This document shows, in pieces, positions 27,989 through 36,602 of a stretch of DNA of 64,000 nucleotides. This stretch comes from Escherichia phage naswa. Made by a program: the position numbers and the translations under genes. Numbering within the stretch: position 1 is the stretch's first letter; every line of letters begins with the position of its first letter. The notes beneath the pieces are model-generated. The model had not been told where the DNA came from. It saw nothing but the letters and a program-made list of their open reading frames with translations, and searched no databases. The stretch lies in the sequence record MN850595.1. One strand, 5' to 3'.

Positions 27989-28187
27989 TGCCACATTAAT
28001 TAATCCCTTTAGTGAAGATTTGAAGCCAGCCGCCTGGCGTGATGGATTCAATAACGAACGCTTTATTTTCAAGCCTGATCTTGAGGAATTTTATAACAAT
28101 GGATCGAACAACGACAGAGATAATTTTTCTTGTGGTGTGCGTAGTGATGGTACTCCTGGGGGCCATTGTAAACCACGTCACTACTAA
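27966..28187 (+). CDS. Hypothetical protein
   Basis: ATG after GAGAGGAA; overlaps upstream gene end. Confidence 0.4.
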   Translation: MWANRLNNATLINPFSEDLKPAAWRDGFNNERFIFKPDLEEFYNNGSNNDRDNFSCGVRSDGTPGGHCKPRHY

Positions 28188-28207
28188 CAGGGGGAAAGGG
28201 GGAGACG

Positions 28208-28327
28208 ATGACACCCAAGGATAAGCCCCGCACCGATAAGGCGCGCCGTGTTATGGTATGGCTTGAGATCATCGCCCTTGAAATATTGTTAGGGGTAGGG
28301 ATGTACTTTATCGCTGTAAGTAACTAA
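28208..28327 (+). CDS. Small membrane peptide (39 aa), not in ORF track
   Basis: ATG after GGGGGAG RBS; hydrophobic C-terminal half; followed by terminator. Confidence 0.35.
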   Translation: MTPKDKPRTDKARRVMVWLEIIALEILLGVGMYFIAVSN

Positions 28328-28330
28328 GAA

Positions 28331-28360
28331 CGGCCCCCCGATCATGGGGGCCTATCTTTT
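28331..28360 (+). terminator. Rho-independent terminator
   Basis: GGCCCCC-cgatcat-GGGGGCC followed by T-rich tract. Confidence 0.6.
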
Positions 28361-28464
28361 AAAAAAATTCTTCCGGGGTGTTGCAATCCGGTCCGGAATG
28401 TGGATAATAACAATCAACGGGGAGCTAATCCCCACCACCACAAAAACCAGAAAGGAGAAACAAA

Positions 28465-28665
28465 ATGAGCAACAATATCCGCGTTATTAACTTCAAAAAA
28501 GAAGAAAAAATTGCCGTGCTGATTGACGGTCAAGAAATCTTCAAGGGCGACTATGAAGATCATCAAACGGCGATTAGTATCACTCGCGTGATTGGTTACC
28601 ATAATTTTTACCCCCAAGGCGCTGAGGCAGCGGTTAAACGAATCAAAGAGATTGTAGGCCTGTAA
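28465..28665 (+). CDS. Hypothetical protein
   Basis: 66 aa ORF; leader hairpin, CA-rich tract, AAGGAGA RBS. Confidence 0.5.
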   Translation: MSNNIRVINFKKEEKIAVLIDGQEIFKGDYEDHQTAISITRVIGYHNFYPQGAEAAVKRIKEIVGL

Positions 28666-28667
28666 AA

Positions 28668-28710
28668 TTTATTTTTAGATGGCCTTGACTCCAGGGCCAT
28701 CAATAAAGTA
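28668..28710 (+). promoter_or_regulatory. Conserved ~45-bp promoter module, copy 3
   Basis: TTATTTTTAGATGGCCTTGACTCCAGGGCCATCAATAAAGTAAAT, one mismatch in -35. Confidence 0.5.
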
Positions 28711-28759
28711 AATTTAAACCCTGTTAAAAATACCACGCAGTTAACAAGGAGTGATAGAC

Positions 28760-29059
28760 ATGTTTATCCAGGCTAATAATCTTTATTTCTTTGATGGTCA
28801 GATCGTAGACGGCGTGGAGGTGGAAATCACCGGGTGCCCTGGCGGTCAGGTTATGACTTTTCGGAATAATGCCTTTGATGATTCTCATATCGTTATGAGA
28901 ATGGAAGTTAGTAAGCTGGATGACAAGAAAACACTTATCGACTATTCCGTCAAAGATCATCCAGACTACCACATGATCTATGGTGATTTGTGCATTGTTG
29001 ACCGTGACAAGGTTGGCGGCATTGTGATCGCTATTGTGAACGATGTTTTCTCAAACTAA
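28760..29059 (+). CDS. Hypothetical protein
   Basis: ATG after AAGGAG RBS. Confidence 0.5.
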   Translation: MFIQANNLYFFDGQIVDGVEVEITGCPGGQVMTFRNNAFDDSHIVMRMEVSKLDDKKTLIDYSVKDHPDYHMIYGDLCIVDRDKVGGIVIAIVNDVFSN

Positions 29060-29076
29060 TTTCAGCAGGTAATTTT

Positions 29077-29427
29077 ATGAAAGTAAAACTATATTACCTT
29101 AATGAGCTTAACCCCCTTGCCCAGGTCCGCGCCCTGGCTAATACCTTGATTTGTGAGAAATCTGTATATTGTGTTGAGCTTAACGCCATGCGTGAACGTC
29201 TCAAAGGTGGTTACTTTGACATCCATGCTGCAATCAACGGCCTGAATATAGAATTTATCCGCTTACGTAACAGCCGCCAGAATCTGGCAAGAATGGAACA
29301 AGATCCGGCCCACCTTCGTAAGCTGGTTATTGAAAATCATCTGATGTTTAATGCCGATGGTGATTATTACCATTTTCACCGTAAACGCTGGTACCGTAGC
29401 GGCAATATAGGAAAGAATGCAAAATAA
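29077..29427 (+). CDS. Hypothetical protein
   Basis: 116 aa ORF. Confidence 0.5.
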   Translation: MKVKLYYLNELNPLAQVRALANTLICEKSVYCVELNAMRERLKGGYFDIHAAINGLNIEFIRLRNSRQNLARMEQDPAHLRKLVIENHLMFNADGDYYHFHRKRWYRSGNIGKNAK

Positions 29428-29462
29428 GGCCCCTGGCAGGGCCTGCAGCGATATAATCACAT

Positions 29463-29496
29463 AAAGGCTATGCGGTTGCATAGCCTTTATTATTTT
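29463..29496 (+). terminator. Rho-independent terminator
   Basis: 11-bp stem AAAGGCTATGC-ggtt-GCATAGCCTTT followed by ATTATTTT. Confidence 0.65.
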
Positions 29497-29633
29497 GGCG
29501 TTACAGCGGCCCCCAAGGCGCTTAAAAAATTTTTAAAGAAGTACTTGCATCAAGTCCTACAATATGGATAATAAAGGGTGTCGGGGGGCGGTGAGGCCTC
29601 CAATCATTAACCGGATAGATAGGAGTTAAAACC

Positions 29634-29918
29634 ATGGCTATTGTTACCGTTGGCGATGTAGTGGAAATGGAAGCAAAATACTTAAAAGCGGGTATGCATA
29701 TCCTACGCAACGATCTTGAACTAGTCCTGACAATGGTTGACTATAACCCAGGGCAAGATTATCCAAGCATCGACTACTTTTTTGAGTATGTTGATGAAGA
29801 GTTGAAAGAGGATGAGGCCTATTGCGGTGAGTTCTGCAATTTCTTTTGTCCTGATGAGGTTGTAAAGGTTATCTATCAACCTGGCGTACCTTTCCCGCTG
29901 CACGCTATCAATAAATAA
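29634..29918 (+). CDS. Hypothetical protein
   Basis: 94 aa ORF with AGGAG RBS and upstream promoter-like TTGCAT/GATAAT. Confidence 0.5.
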   Translation: MAIVTVGDVVEMEAKYLKAGMHILRNDLELVLTMVDYNPGQDYPSIDYFFEYVDEELKEDEAYCGEFCNFFCPDEVVKVIYQPGVPFPLHAINK

Positions 29919-29981
29919 ACCTGGTGGGGCCGAAAAGGCCCCCTCCTGAAACTATGAAAAAATAAAGAGAGGTAAATCATC

Positions 29982-30215
29982 ATGATGGAACAAATTAAAC
30001 GCGCTGAGTCTATTAATGGCAATGTGATCTATTTTGTCAGCAAAAACGAAAAAGGCGTACCATATGCGGCGGTAATAGTACAACCTGACGGCGATTATTG
30101 GTTTACTGTATACGGATCTTATTCTTTCGGGCGTCCGGTTCATGATAGAATTTTGAAAGTAGCAAATCCGACCGGGAAAAATATCACAGCAGAAAAATTT
30201 TTTGAAAATAGTTGA
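29982..30215 (+). CDS. Hypothetical protein
   Basis: 77 aa ORF with AGAGAGG RBS. Confidence 0.5.
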   Translation: MMEQIKRAESINGNVIYFVSKNEKGVPYAAVIVQPDGDYWFTVYGSYSFGRPVHDRILKVANPTGKNITAEKFFENS

Positions 30216-30239
30216 CATGACCATATAAGACTGTAATAT
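30212..30239 (+). promoter_or_regulatory. Sigma70-like promoter (TTGACA-16-TAATAT)
   Basis: Consensus -35 overlapping upstream stop codon. Confidence 0.5.
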
Positions 30240-30291
30240 ATAAATCAAAGGGGGGCAACAAGCCCCACCAACCACAAAGAGGATAAAAATC

Positions 30292-30471
30292 ATGGCTATT
30301 ATTGCAAAGACTGAGATCGTAGGCTTAGATTCTATTCTCCTCGCATATGAGGAAGCTATAGAAATGTATGTGGTTTCCTATGGTGAGTATATTCGTGAAT
30401 ATAAATCTATTGATCTGGCTTTTGAATGTTATATTCGCCAGGTAAATAAAGCATATGATGATTATCGTTAA
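30292..30471 (+). CDS. Small hypothetical protein (59 aa), not in ORF track
   Basis: ATG after AAAGAGGA RBS, leader hairpin GGGGGC-aaca-GCCCC. Confidence 0.45.
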   Translation: MAIIAKTEIVGLDSILLAYEEAIEMYVVSYGEYIREYKSIDLAFECYIRQVNKAYDDYR

Positions 30472-30477
30472 AATAGT

Positions 30478-30505
30478 TTGACAACAATTACAAATCGGGT
30501 AGAAT
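30478..30505 (+). promoter_or_regulatory. Sigma70-like promoter (TTGACA-16-TAGAAT), paralogous module 1 of 3
   Basis: Consensus hexamers; downstream leader GTATTTCGTAGGGCGG shared with the 30970 module. Confidence 0.5.
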
Positions 30506-30556
30506 GTATTTCGTAGGGCGGCAATGATGCCGCTCACAACTAAAAGAGAGATCATC

Positions 30557-30751
30557 ATGGCGCTTAAAAAACTAACAAGCAATACTCGTTGGGATGAAAT
30601 CGACGGGGAAGTTTACATTTTTGCCCGTAAACCAGGGGATCAAAAATGGTCAAAGGCTTTTACTTGCCATCCTGCAACAATAGATCTGATAAAAAGTCAA
30701 GGACTACGTGAAGCAGTAGCAAGAAGTTTACTGATCCCTTGTAAAAATTAG
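30557..30751 (+). CDS. Small hypothetical protein
   Basis: ATG after AAAGAGAG RBS. Confidence 0.45.
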   Translation: MALKKLTSNTRWDEIDGEVYIFARKPGDQKWSKAFTCHPATIDLIKSQGLREAVARSLLIPCKN

Positions 30752-30752
30752 T

Positions 30753-30780
30753 TTGACAACAGTCAACAATCTGGTAAAGT
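30753..30780 (+). promoter_or_regulatory. Sigma70-like promoter (TTGACA-16-TAAAGT), paralogous module 2 of 3
   Basis: AGTTTGACAACA shared with module 1. Confidence 0.5.
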
Positions 30781-30828
30781 GTACTACATAGCGCGGGAAT
30801 ACTTCCCGCCATTAATGAGGGTAATTTA

Positions 30829-30966
30829 ATGAAAACTTTCAACGCAACAGCCTCGACAATTGGTTATATTATTACAGTACAAGCCGTGGATCTGGTAGCA
30901 GCAGCAAACAAGATTAAAAAGATGATTCCGCCAGGTAGTGAATTTTCCGTTTGGGAAGTAAAATAA
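30829..30966 (+). CDS. Small hypothetical protein (45 aa), not in ORF track
   Basis: ATG after TAATGAGGGTA RBS context shared with next gene. Confidence 0.4.
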   Translation: MKTFNATASTIGYIITVQAVDLVAAANKIKKMIPPGSEFSVWEVK

Positions 30967-30969
30967 ATC

Positions 30970-30997
30970 TTGACAATAGTTTATTACTTGATAGACT
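30970..30997 (+). promoter_or_regulatory. Sigma70-like promoter (TTGACA-16-TAGACT), paralogous module 3 of 3
   Basis: Consensus -35; leader duplicates that of module 1. Confidence 0.5.
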
Positions 30998-31049
30998 GTA
31001 TTTCGTAGGGCGGGGCAATAAGGCAACGCCCATTAATGAGGGTAGAATC

Positions 31050-31154
31050 ATGTTAGAGAAAATTTTCACGGTTGTAGTAGTTGGCCTGGCATTATCGGTT
31101 GGAGTGGTTGCAACTATGGCTAACATGATCCTATCTTCCCACGGTATCGGTTAA
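31050..31154 (+). CDS. Small membrane peptide (34 aa)
   Basis: ATG after AATGAGGGTAGAA RBS; single hydrophobic helix. Confidence 0.35.
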   Translation: MLEKIFTVVVVGLALSVGVVATMANMILSSHGIG

Positions 31155-31164
31155 GGTGAATCAA

Positions 31165-31380
31165 ATGATCACGAATAAGACAGGTAAAACAGAATTTTTA
31201 CGCGGCTTGCAAATAGGTAAGCCTGAGATCTGGCATTGCACTAAAACACCACGTGACGAAATGAAAGACTTCACCGCCACGCTGCAACGGGTAAAGATAT
31301 CCATCACGCAGAAAAAGGCCTTGATAGTGGTGGAAGGTGAGATCCCTCAAACCGTTGTTATAGTTGAGCGTACAGCATAG
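31165..31380 (+). CDS. Hypothetical protein
   Basis: ATG after AAGGTG RBS. Confidence 0.45.
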   Translation: MITNKTGKTEFLRGLQIGKPEIWHCTKTPRDEMKDFTATLQRVKISITQKKALIVVEGEIPQTVVIVERTA

Positions 31381-31471
31381 TTTAATTTATAGCGATACCT
31401 GAAAATTAACCAATAAATCATAAACAGGCGGTTACCGCCGCCTTAAACGTAGCAGAAAGAGGCTAGACACA

Positions 31472-31756
31472 ATGAAAAAGATGATCGCAGTAGTTGCCCT
31501 GGTTGTTGGACTTAATGCGCCTGTAATGGCTAAAGAGCTGGCAAAAGAGGTTAATCTAACGGATATCCATGCCGTCAATAAAATCGGGGTTACTTATCGC
31601 TTATGCCTTGCCGCTAAAACTTTTAATGACGGCACAACAGAGTACTACGGATTCGAGGGTATCCGGTGCGGTGAGCTTGCTCGCGACCTTAAGGAAGATC
31701 CAGACCTGGAAGATCTGCCCATCACCGTAAACGGTAAAGCTTACGTAAACCGTTAA
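31472..31756 (+). CDS. Small secreted protein (signal peptide)
   Basis: N-terminal MKKMIAVVALVVGLNAPVMA signal peptide; AGAGG RBS; leader hairpin GGCGG-tta-CCGCC. Confidence 0.55.
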   Translation: MKKMIAVVALVVGLNAPVMAKELAKEVNLTDIHAVNKIGVTYRLCLAAKTFNDGTTEYYGFEGIRCGELARDLKEDPDLEDLPITVNGKAYVNR

Positions 31757-31905
31757 CCGTGAAAAAGATAATCATTACCTTGGGGATTGTGGCGGGATCG
31801 CTGGCGCTCTTTCCCCTTATGGTTAGATATGTGCTGATCAGTATTGTCCTGGTGGTCAGTGATCTACTAGAAACGGTTGGCACCTTGTTTTAAAGAGCGA
31901 TAAAA

Positions 31906-32097
31906 ATGAATGTTGAACAAGTTAGAAAGGTATTGGCGGTACTGCGTTATCATAATCATAGAAAGGTCATAGACGATCCTGATTATGTTGATTCAAGTCT
32001 GGAAGAGGATACACTACAAGCCATAAGTAACATGCAAGAATTGCTAAAGCGCATGACAGAGAAAAACCGACCGGACTACATAGGCGAAAAAATATAA
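31906..32097 (+). CDS. Hypothetical protein
   Basis: 63 aa ORF, weak RBS. Confidence 0.4.
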   Translation: MNVEQVRKVLAVLRYHNHRKVIDDPDYVDSSLEEDTLQAISNMQELLKRMTEKNRPDYIGEKI

Positions 32098-32225
32098 TCC
32101 TTATTAACTAGAAAACAGGGCTTGCAATGGTCCTGTTTTTTGTTATACTTATTACACGGCAGGCACCTGGCGACGGGGGGAGACAATCACCGGGCCTGCC
32201 TGTCATATAAGAACTATAAAAACCG

Positions 32226-32254
32226 TTGACATCTGCCAGGTGGTGGGGTAACAT
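32226..32254 (+). promoter_or_regulatory. Sigma70-like promoter (TTGACA-17-TAACAT)
   Basis: Consensus -35 and spacing. Confidence 0.45.
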
Positions 32255-32308
32255 TTATCTTGAAGGGGCAAAAGTGCCCACACAACAACCAGAAGAGAGG
32301 AAAACATT

Positions 32309-32581
32309 ATGTCAAGCTGGATTAATCAAGAAGTCGAATCACGTTTTAATGCTATTTGGGATCTCATCGAAAAAGAGGACGGAACATCAAGCCCTTATCT
32401 CAATAATCTTGAATTCCATTTCGTGGAAGCGATGAACGCAGAACATGATCACGAAGGTGGTGCGGATGAGTTCGCTAAAGGGTATGGCTTCAACAATGCC
32501 AACGAAATGATCGAGGCGGTTGTACTCCAGGCTGAGGAAGATTATCAATTAAAAACGCTTGAATTCTGCCGCCGTAAGTAA
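32309..32581 (+). CDS. Hypothetical acidic protein
   Basis: 90 aa ORF; leader hairpin GGGGCA-aaag-TGCCC, CA-rich tract, AGAGAGGAAAA RBS. Confidence 0.5.
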   Translation: MSSWINQEVESRFNAIWDLIEKEDGTSSPYLNNLEFHFVEAMNAEHDHEGGADEFAKGYGFNNANEMIEAVVLQAEEDYQLKTLEFCRRK

Positions 32582-32641
32582 TAAGATAATGACACGGGCC
32601 AAAAGGCCCACTAATCAGAACCACACAAAGAGAGAAAGAAA

Positions 32642-32860
32642 ATGACAACCCGTAAAATTAAAGTTGTTTGCATTGAATCGACTGGGGGCGCTTTTGTAGT
32701 TGGTCAGGAATATAATGCGGTTTTAATGGGTACGGATTGGAAGGTTAAAGGCCTTAATGGTTACGAGTACGGCACTACTTGCGGCTTGCGTGGTCGAATC
32801 GGATACGTGAGTTTAGACAATAAAGAAAAATTTGTTTTCGACACCGTTGTGAGTAAATAG
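32642..32860 (+). CDS. Hypothetical protein
   Basis: 72 aa ORF; leader hairpin GGGCC-aaaa-GGCCC then CA-rich tract. Confidence 0.5.
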   Translation: MTTRKIKVVCIESTGGAFVVGQEYNAVLMGTDWKVKGLNGYEYGTTCGLRGRIGYVSLDNKEKFVFDTVVSK

Positions 32861-32938
32861 CATGAATTGCTAAAGACTGATCTGCGAACTGCTGTATTAT
32901 CAACTAATCAAAACGAACCGCATAAAGAGGAAAACATC

Positions 32939-33202
32939 ATGAAACGTCTGGATCAGCTTAAATTAGTTCAGTACATGGCCTACAGAATTCTTGAAGTCCA
33001 AAAAGGTAGCAAAAAAGAGGTTTGCGAGAAAGCTTATAAGATCTTTACTCGCAAAAAAGATGACTGGATGCTACGCCAGACCAAAAAATCCGATATCCTG
33101 GGGTACCTGGAAGAAGAGATCCGGCTTGAAGAACAAGAAGAGATCCGCCGCAGTGAGGCAGATTATCAGGCAGCTTGGGAAAACTGGATGAGCAACAAAT
33201 AA
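32939..33202 (+). CDS. Hypothetical protein
   Basis: ATG after AAAGAGGAAAA RBS. Confidence 0.5.
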   Translation: MKRLDQLKLVQYMAYRILEVQKGSKKEVCEKAYKIFTRKKDDWMLRQTKKSDILGYLEEEIRLEEQEEIRRSEADYQAAWENWMSNK

Positions 33203-33268
33203 TACAACAAGTTACGGTCAGGGGGGTAATAAAGCCCCTTGATCACATAAAAATTATGCTATCCCTGG

Positions 33269-33297
33269 TTGACAGGGATCGGCAGTTTTGCTATATT
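33269..33297 (+). promoter_or_regulatory. Sigma70-like promoter (TTGACA-17-TATATT)
   Basis: -35 embedded in inverted repeat ATCCCTG/CAGGGAT. Confidence 0.5.
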
Positions 33298-33346
33298 CTT
33301 TTTTGAAGGGGAGTTGTAAGAAAATTAACTAAGAGGTAAAAACACC

Positions 33347-33766
33347 ATGAACATTAAATCTAATAATCCGGCATATAGCTTTGATAACGCTTTTTGTCAC
33401 GGTCCGGCGGCGAAAGGATTCGAAATCGATGGTAAACTAATTATTGTCAATGTTGACGGGGAAGAGGTTGCAGTATATCCGGTGGCAGACGTTAAAAGCC
33501 GTCTACAATGCCGCATGGATGTTACCGCCTATCAGCTTGATCCGGTCCGCATAGTTGCCCTGGTCCTGGAAGAAGAAATTAAAGCCATGCACCATAGCAA
33601 CAGATTTATTGGTGACGCGCAGGATAATATGAAAGTATGCCGCCATAAAGTTAATGAAGTGCTTAAAGAGTACGGCTATAAAGATCTTATGATCAAACGC
33701 GAGGAAAAATTCCGCTACCGTAACGACCTGGCAAATCGGATTTTTGAAATATACGAATCATTATAA
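33347..33766 (+). CDS. Hypothetical protein
   Basis: 139 aa ORF with AAGAGG RBS; last gene of plus-strand block. Confidence 0.55.
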   Translation: MNIKSNNPAYSFDNAFCHGPAAKGFEIDGKLIIVNVDGEEVAVYPVADVKSRLQCRMDVTAYQLDPVRIVALVLEEEIKAMHHSNRFIGDAQDNMKVCRHKVNEVLKEYGYKDLMIKREEKFRYRNDLANRIFEIYESL

Positions 33767-33783
33767 TTTTTTAACTGAATTAT

Positions 33784-33810
33784 CAAGGGGCTTAGGCCCC
33801 TTTCTTTTTG
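33784..33810 (+). terminator. Rho-independent terminator
   Basis: AAGGGGC-tta-GCCCCTT followed by TCTTTTTG. Confidence 0.6.
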
Positions 33811-34429
33811 TCTGCTCTTCCCCCCCTACCATAAACGGCCCTACCTGGCAAGTGGAATAATTGACGAGCCATCAATCCCACACACTGTACAAATATACAT
33901 GGAAAATAACTATTGCATAATTTTTCATTGTGTGGTAGCAAGGCCATTTTTACCCGTTTTACCTTCCAAAATTGCACGTAATGCCGCTATTGCACAAATT
34001 TTAACCTGATGCACATCTCCAATATCTTGTCAACAACTAAAAATCTTTATAAGTCATGCACTTACATAACCACAAAAGCGTGTTCTACGTGAAAAATCGA
34101 GTATAACTATAGCCGCCAGATCTCAGAATTTACGTACGCTCACCAGTCTATAGCCTGCTAAGTATTTATTCCAACCATAGAATAACGGAATAGTCAATAC
34201 CTGCATAAAATAATTATTCGTGTAAACTGCATAACATAAATCGGCTAGGATGTCAACATTTTTCGTAAACAGCTCGAAATTATAACGGTGAGTTATAATA
34301 AACAGAGAAATCTTTAGTCGTCTAATGTTTACTGTACATTACTATACTGACTGGAATCATTAGATGACTAAGAGAAAGATAAGAAATCATTAACAATGCA
34401 ATTGTTTTATTCGTAACAATAAGGCAACT

Positions 34430-34680
34430 ATGCAAACGAATGGCATGGCGCGACGGAGTCGCGACATAATATAAAAGCAGTAACCATCACCCCCGTGATA
34501 GTTTGTCTGCAAACTATTAATCAGATCATAGTTGCCTTGTATTTAGTTAATCATGACATAACAAGCAGGGCAACTATAGATCTGCTAATAGTTGCCCTGC
34601 TTTTATATTATGTCATGCTAATTATAATCAGTGCGATTATTGTCATGTATAATTATTGTCATGCAAACGAATGGCATGGC
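34430..34680. repeat. 20-bp direct repeat ATGCAAACGAATGGCATGGC (34430-34449 and 34661-34680) flanking a nested ~64-bp palindrome (34553-34616)
   Basis: Exact 20-bp repeat 231 bp apart; ATGACATAA...GCAGGGCAACTAT-10 nt-ATAGTTGCCCTGC...TTATGTCAT; ATTATTGTCATG also repeated. Confidence 0.6.
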
Positions 34681-34692
34681 TGATTATCGGTG

Positions 34693-34788
34693 TGTAAACA
34701 GTCAATCATGTAAATGGTTAGCATGTGAACAATCAGGAATGTAAACAATCCAGTGTGTAAACTAATAGGTGTGTAAAAGTGTCATGTT
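34693..34788. repeat. Six tandem iterons with 16-bp periodicity (core TGTAAAC)
   Basis: TGTAAAC/TGTAAAT/TGTGAAC units starting at 34693, 34709, 34724, 34740, 34756, 34772. Confidence 0.65.
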
Positions 34789-36265
34789 GTGTCAGTTAGG
34801 TCACATTATGTCAGACAAGTTTTTCTCCTCTTTGTCAAGTGCTGCATGAAAAATTTACAAGCTTGTATGGTAGCATTTTTGCGGCCCTGTTTACATTCAG
34901 GAGTGTATGTATAATCCTTGGTGTGTGGGCGTTTAGACGTCTAGACGGTTGGAAGTATGCAGGTCAATATCTAATCTATTGGCTGCTAACTATATCCCAC
35001 ACAAATGATAAGAAATATAATTGTTATATGCGTAAACTGTAACTCATGTTATCAATCCCTGTATGTATCGCCAGTGGTGCGCATAATGGGTATTATGTTA
35101 AATTGCCCGTAATGATAACTATTCTCACAATGATAGGTATTCTCATTCACCCCCACAAGATAGGTTGCAAATGTTGTGCCACTGTGTGAACGGCCTAGCC
35201 TATTAATTTGCCTCACTGCCTTGATATTTGAGAATTGTTATAAGAATGAGAAGTATTCCCATTTCGTCCGCCTGGCAGCACTCCAGTCGCTACCGGCTCC
35301 TGACAGGGCAGCTCTCCTGTAGGTCAGGTCAAAATCGTGGTAGAATTGGGCCTATTCAGATATTTCTGGCTGACTCTTCAGGTCTGTGTGAGAAAAGCCA
35401 ACCTTTCCGGCGGCGGGGAGGGGTCAATTAAAAAATTTACGTGGTGTATGAAGCGCTCTTCAGGTAAGGCAGGTATTATGTGATGAAACCCTCTTCAGGC
35501 AATGATATTTGTGGGTGTGATATTTGCTGGAAAGCCAGATATGACGGGACTCCCGGCGGGGCAGGGGTAGTACAGACAGGGAAAATATGGGGGATGTAGT
35601 TGGGGAAATTGATCAGGCAGGTAGAGTATGGAATATGTTACAAGTATGTTAAATATGGAGGTTGAATATCTGCAGGATTTGTGTGTAAAATCAAAGACTT
35701 AAGTGGTGTTGTGGTATTTTCTATAAATAATTCAAGTTTAATAGGTAATATTTGTCTCTATCCACTTTGTGTGGTAAACAGATTCAGATGAAATTGGTTT
35801 ACAAGTGTATACATAATATACAAATTAAAGATACAAGAAACCCCCCTCCCCCTTCGGCTACCATTCACCTTTTCCTCTGACTGGTACTTAAACACTTATT
35901 CAGACTCTTCAGGTTATCACCCATATATCATATGGCAGTGACTGGTGTCCTCCGGCCCCTCTTTCGTCACCCGTCCGCTTCGCCATGCTAATGCCATAGC
36001 CAATGGTTCGGTTGTTCACCCTGTTCACTCAGGTGTATCTCCATACCCCTTCAAACCGAAGAGAACAGAAAACCCGAATTACTCGGTAAAAGAAAAGAGA
36101 AGAACTTAATTTTATCAGGATAGGCAAGAATGTCAAGGCATGACTGCTCACTAAACAAGCAAACAGTCATGTGTGGTAGGTAAGTGATTGTGGTGGTAGG
36201 AAATTTAGTTGAAAGATGTGTTATAGGTGCGCTTCCAGCACTTTAGCCGGGCAGCTAATTGTGTG

Positions 36266-36481
36266 TCAGTCTAGCGGTTCATCCTCTACTTCACTGAAAT
36301 CAATGTTCATGGTCTCTTCCCAACCATCGATCTCAGCACAAGAGTGGAGTTCTTTAGGGTTTACTCCCAAAGCCTCAGCAACAGAGTCTATATTTAACAC
36401 CTCTGGCAGGTATGATTCATCGAATTCAAGGTAAATCAGGCCACGAGTGTTGTCAGCTCCACCAAATATCTCTATCTTCAT
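36266..36481 (-). CDS. Small acidic protein
   Basis: 71 aa Asp/Glu-rich ORF; last gene of minus-strand block. Confidence 0.45.
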   Translation of the reverse strand: MKIEIFGGADNTRGLIYLEFDESYLPEVLNIDSVAEALGVNPKELHSCAEIDGWEETMNIDFSEVEDEPLD

Positions 36482-36602
36482 AAAATCTCCTCTGGGAATG
36501 AGAGTGTGAACAGGGTTTTATACGTTCCAATGCACAAGAATTATACACGTTTGCCTCTTCAGGCCATGCTTTAGCATGAGGAACCTGTGTGGGCTCGGTG
36601 CT

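Noticed and set aside
35720-35735. T4-late-promoter-like TATAAATA
   Set aside because: A single occurrence in AT-rich non-coding DNA is expected by chance; no downstream gene.
33792-36434. Track ORFs 33792-33977, 34495-34683, 34839-35042, 35228-35431, 36216-36434
   Set aside because: No RBS or promoter context, overlap iterons and palindromes or lie antisense to a minus-strand gene; region interpreted as non-coding.
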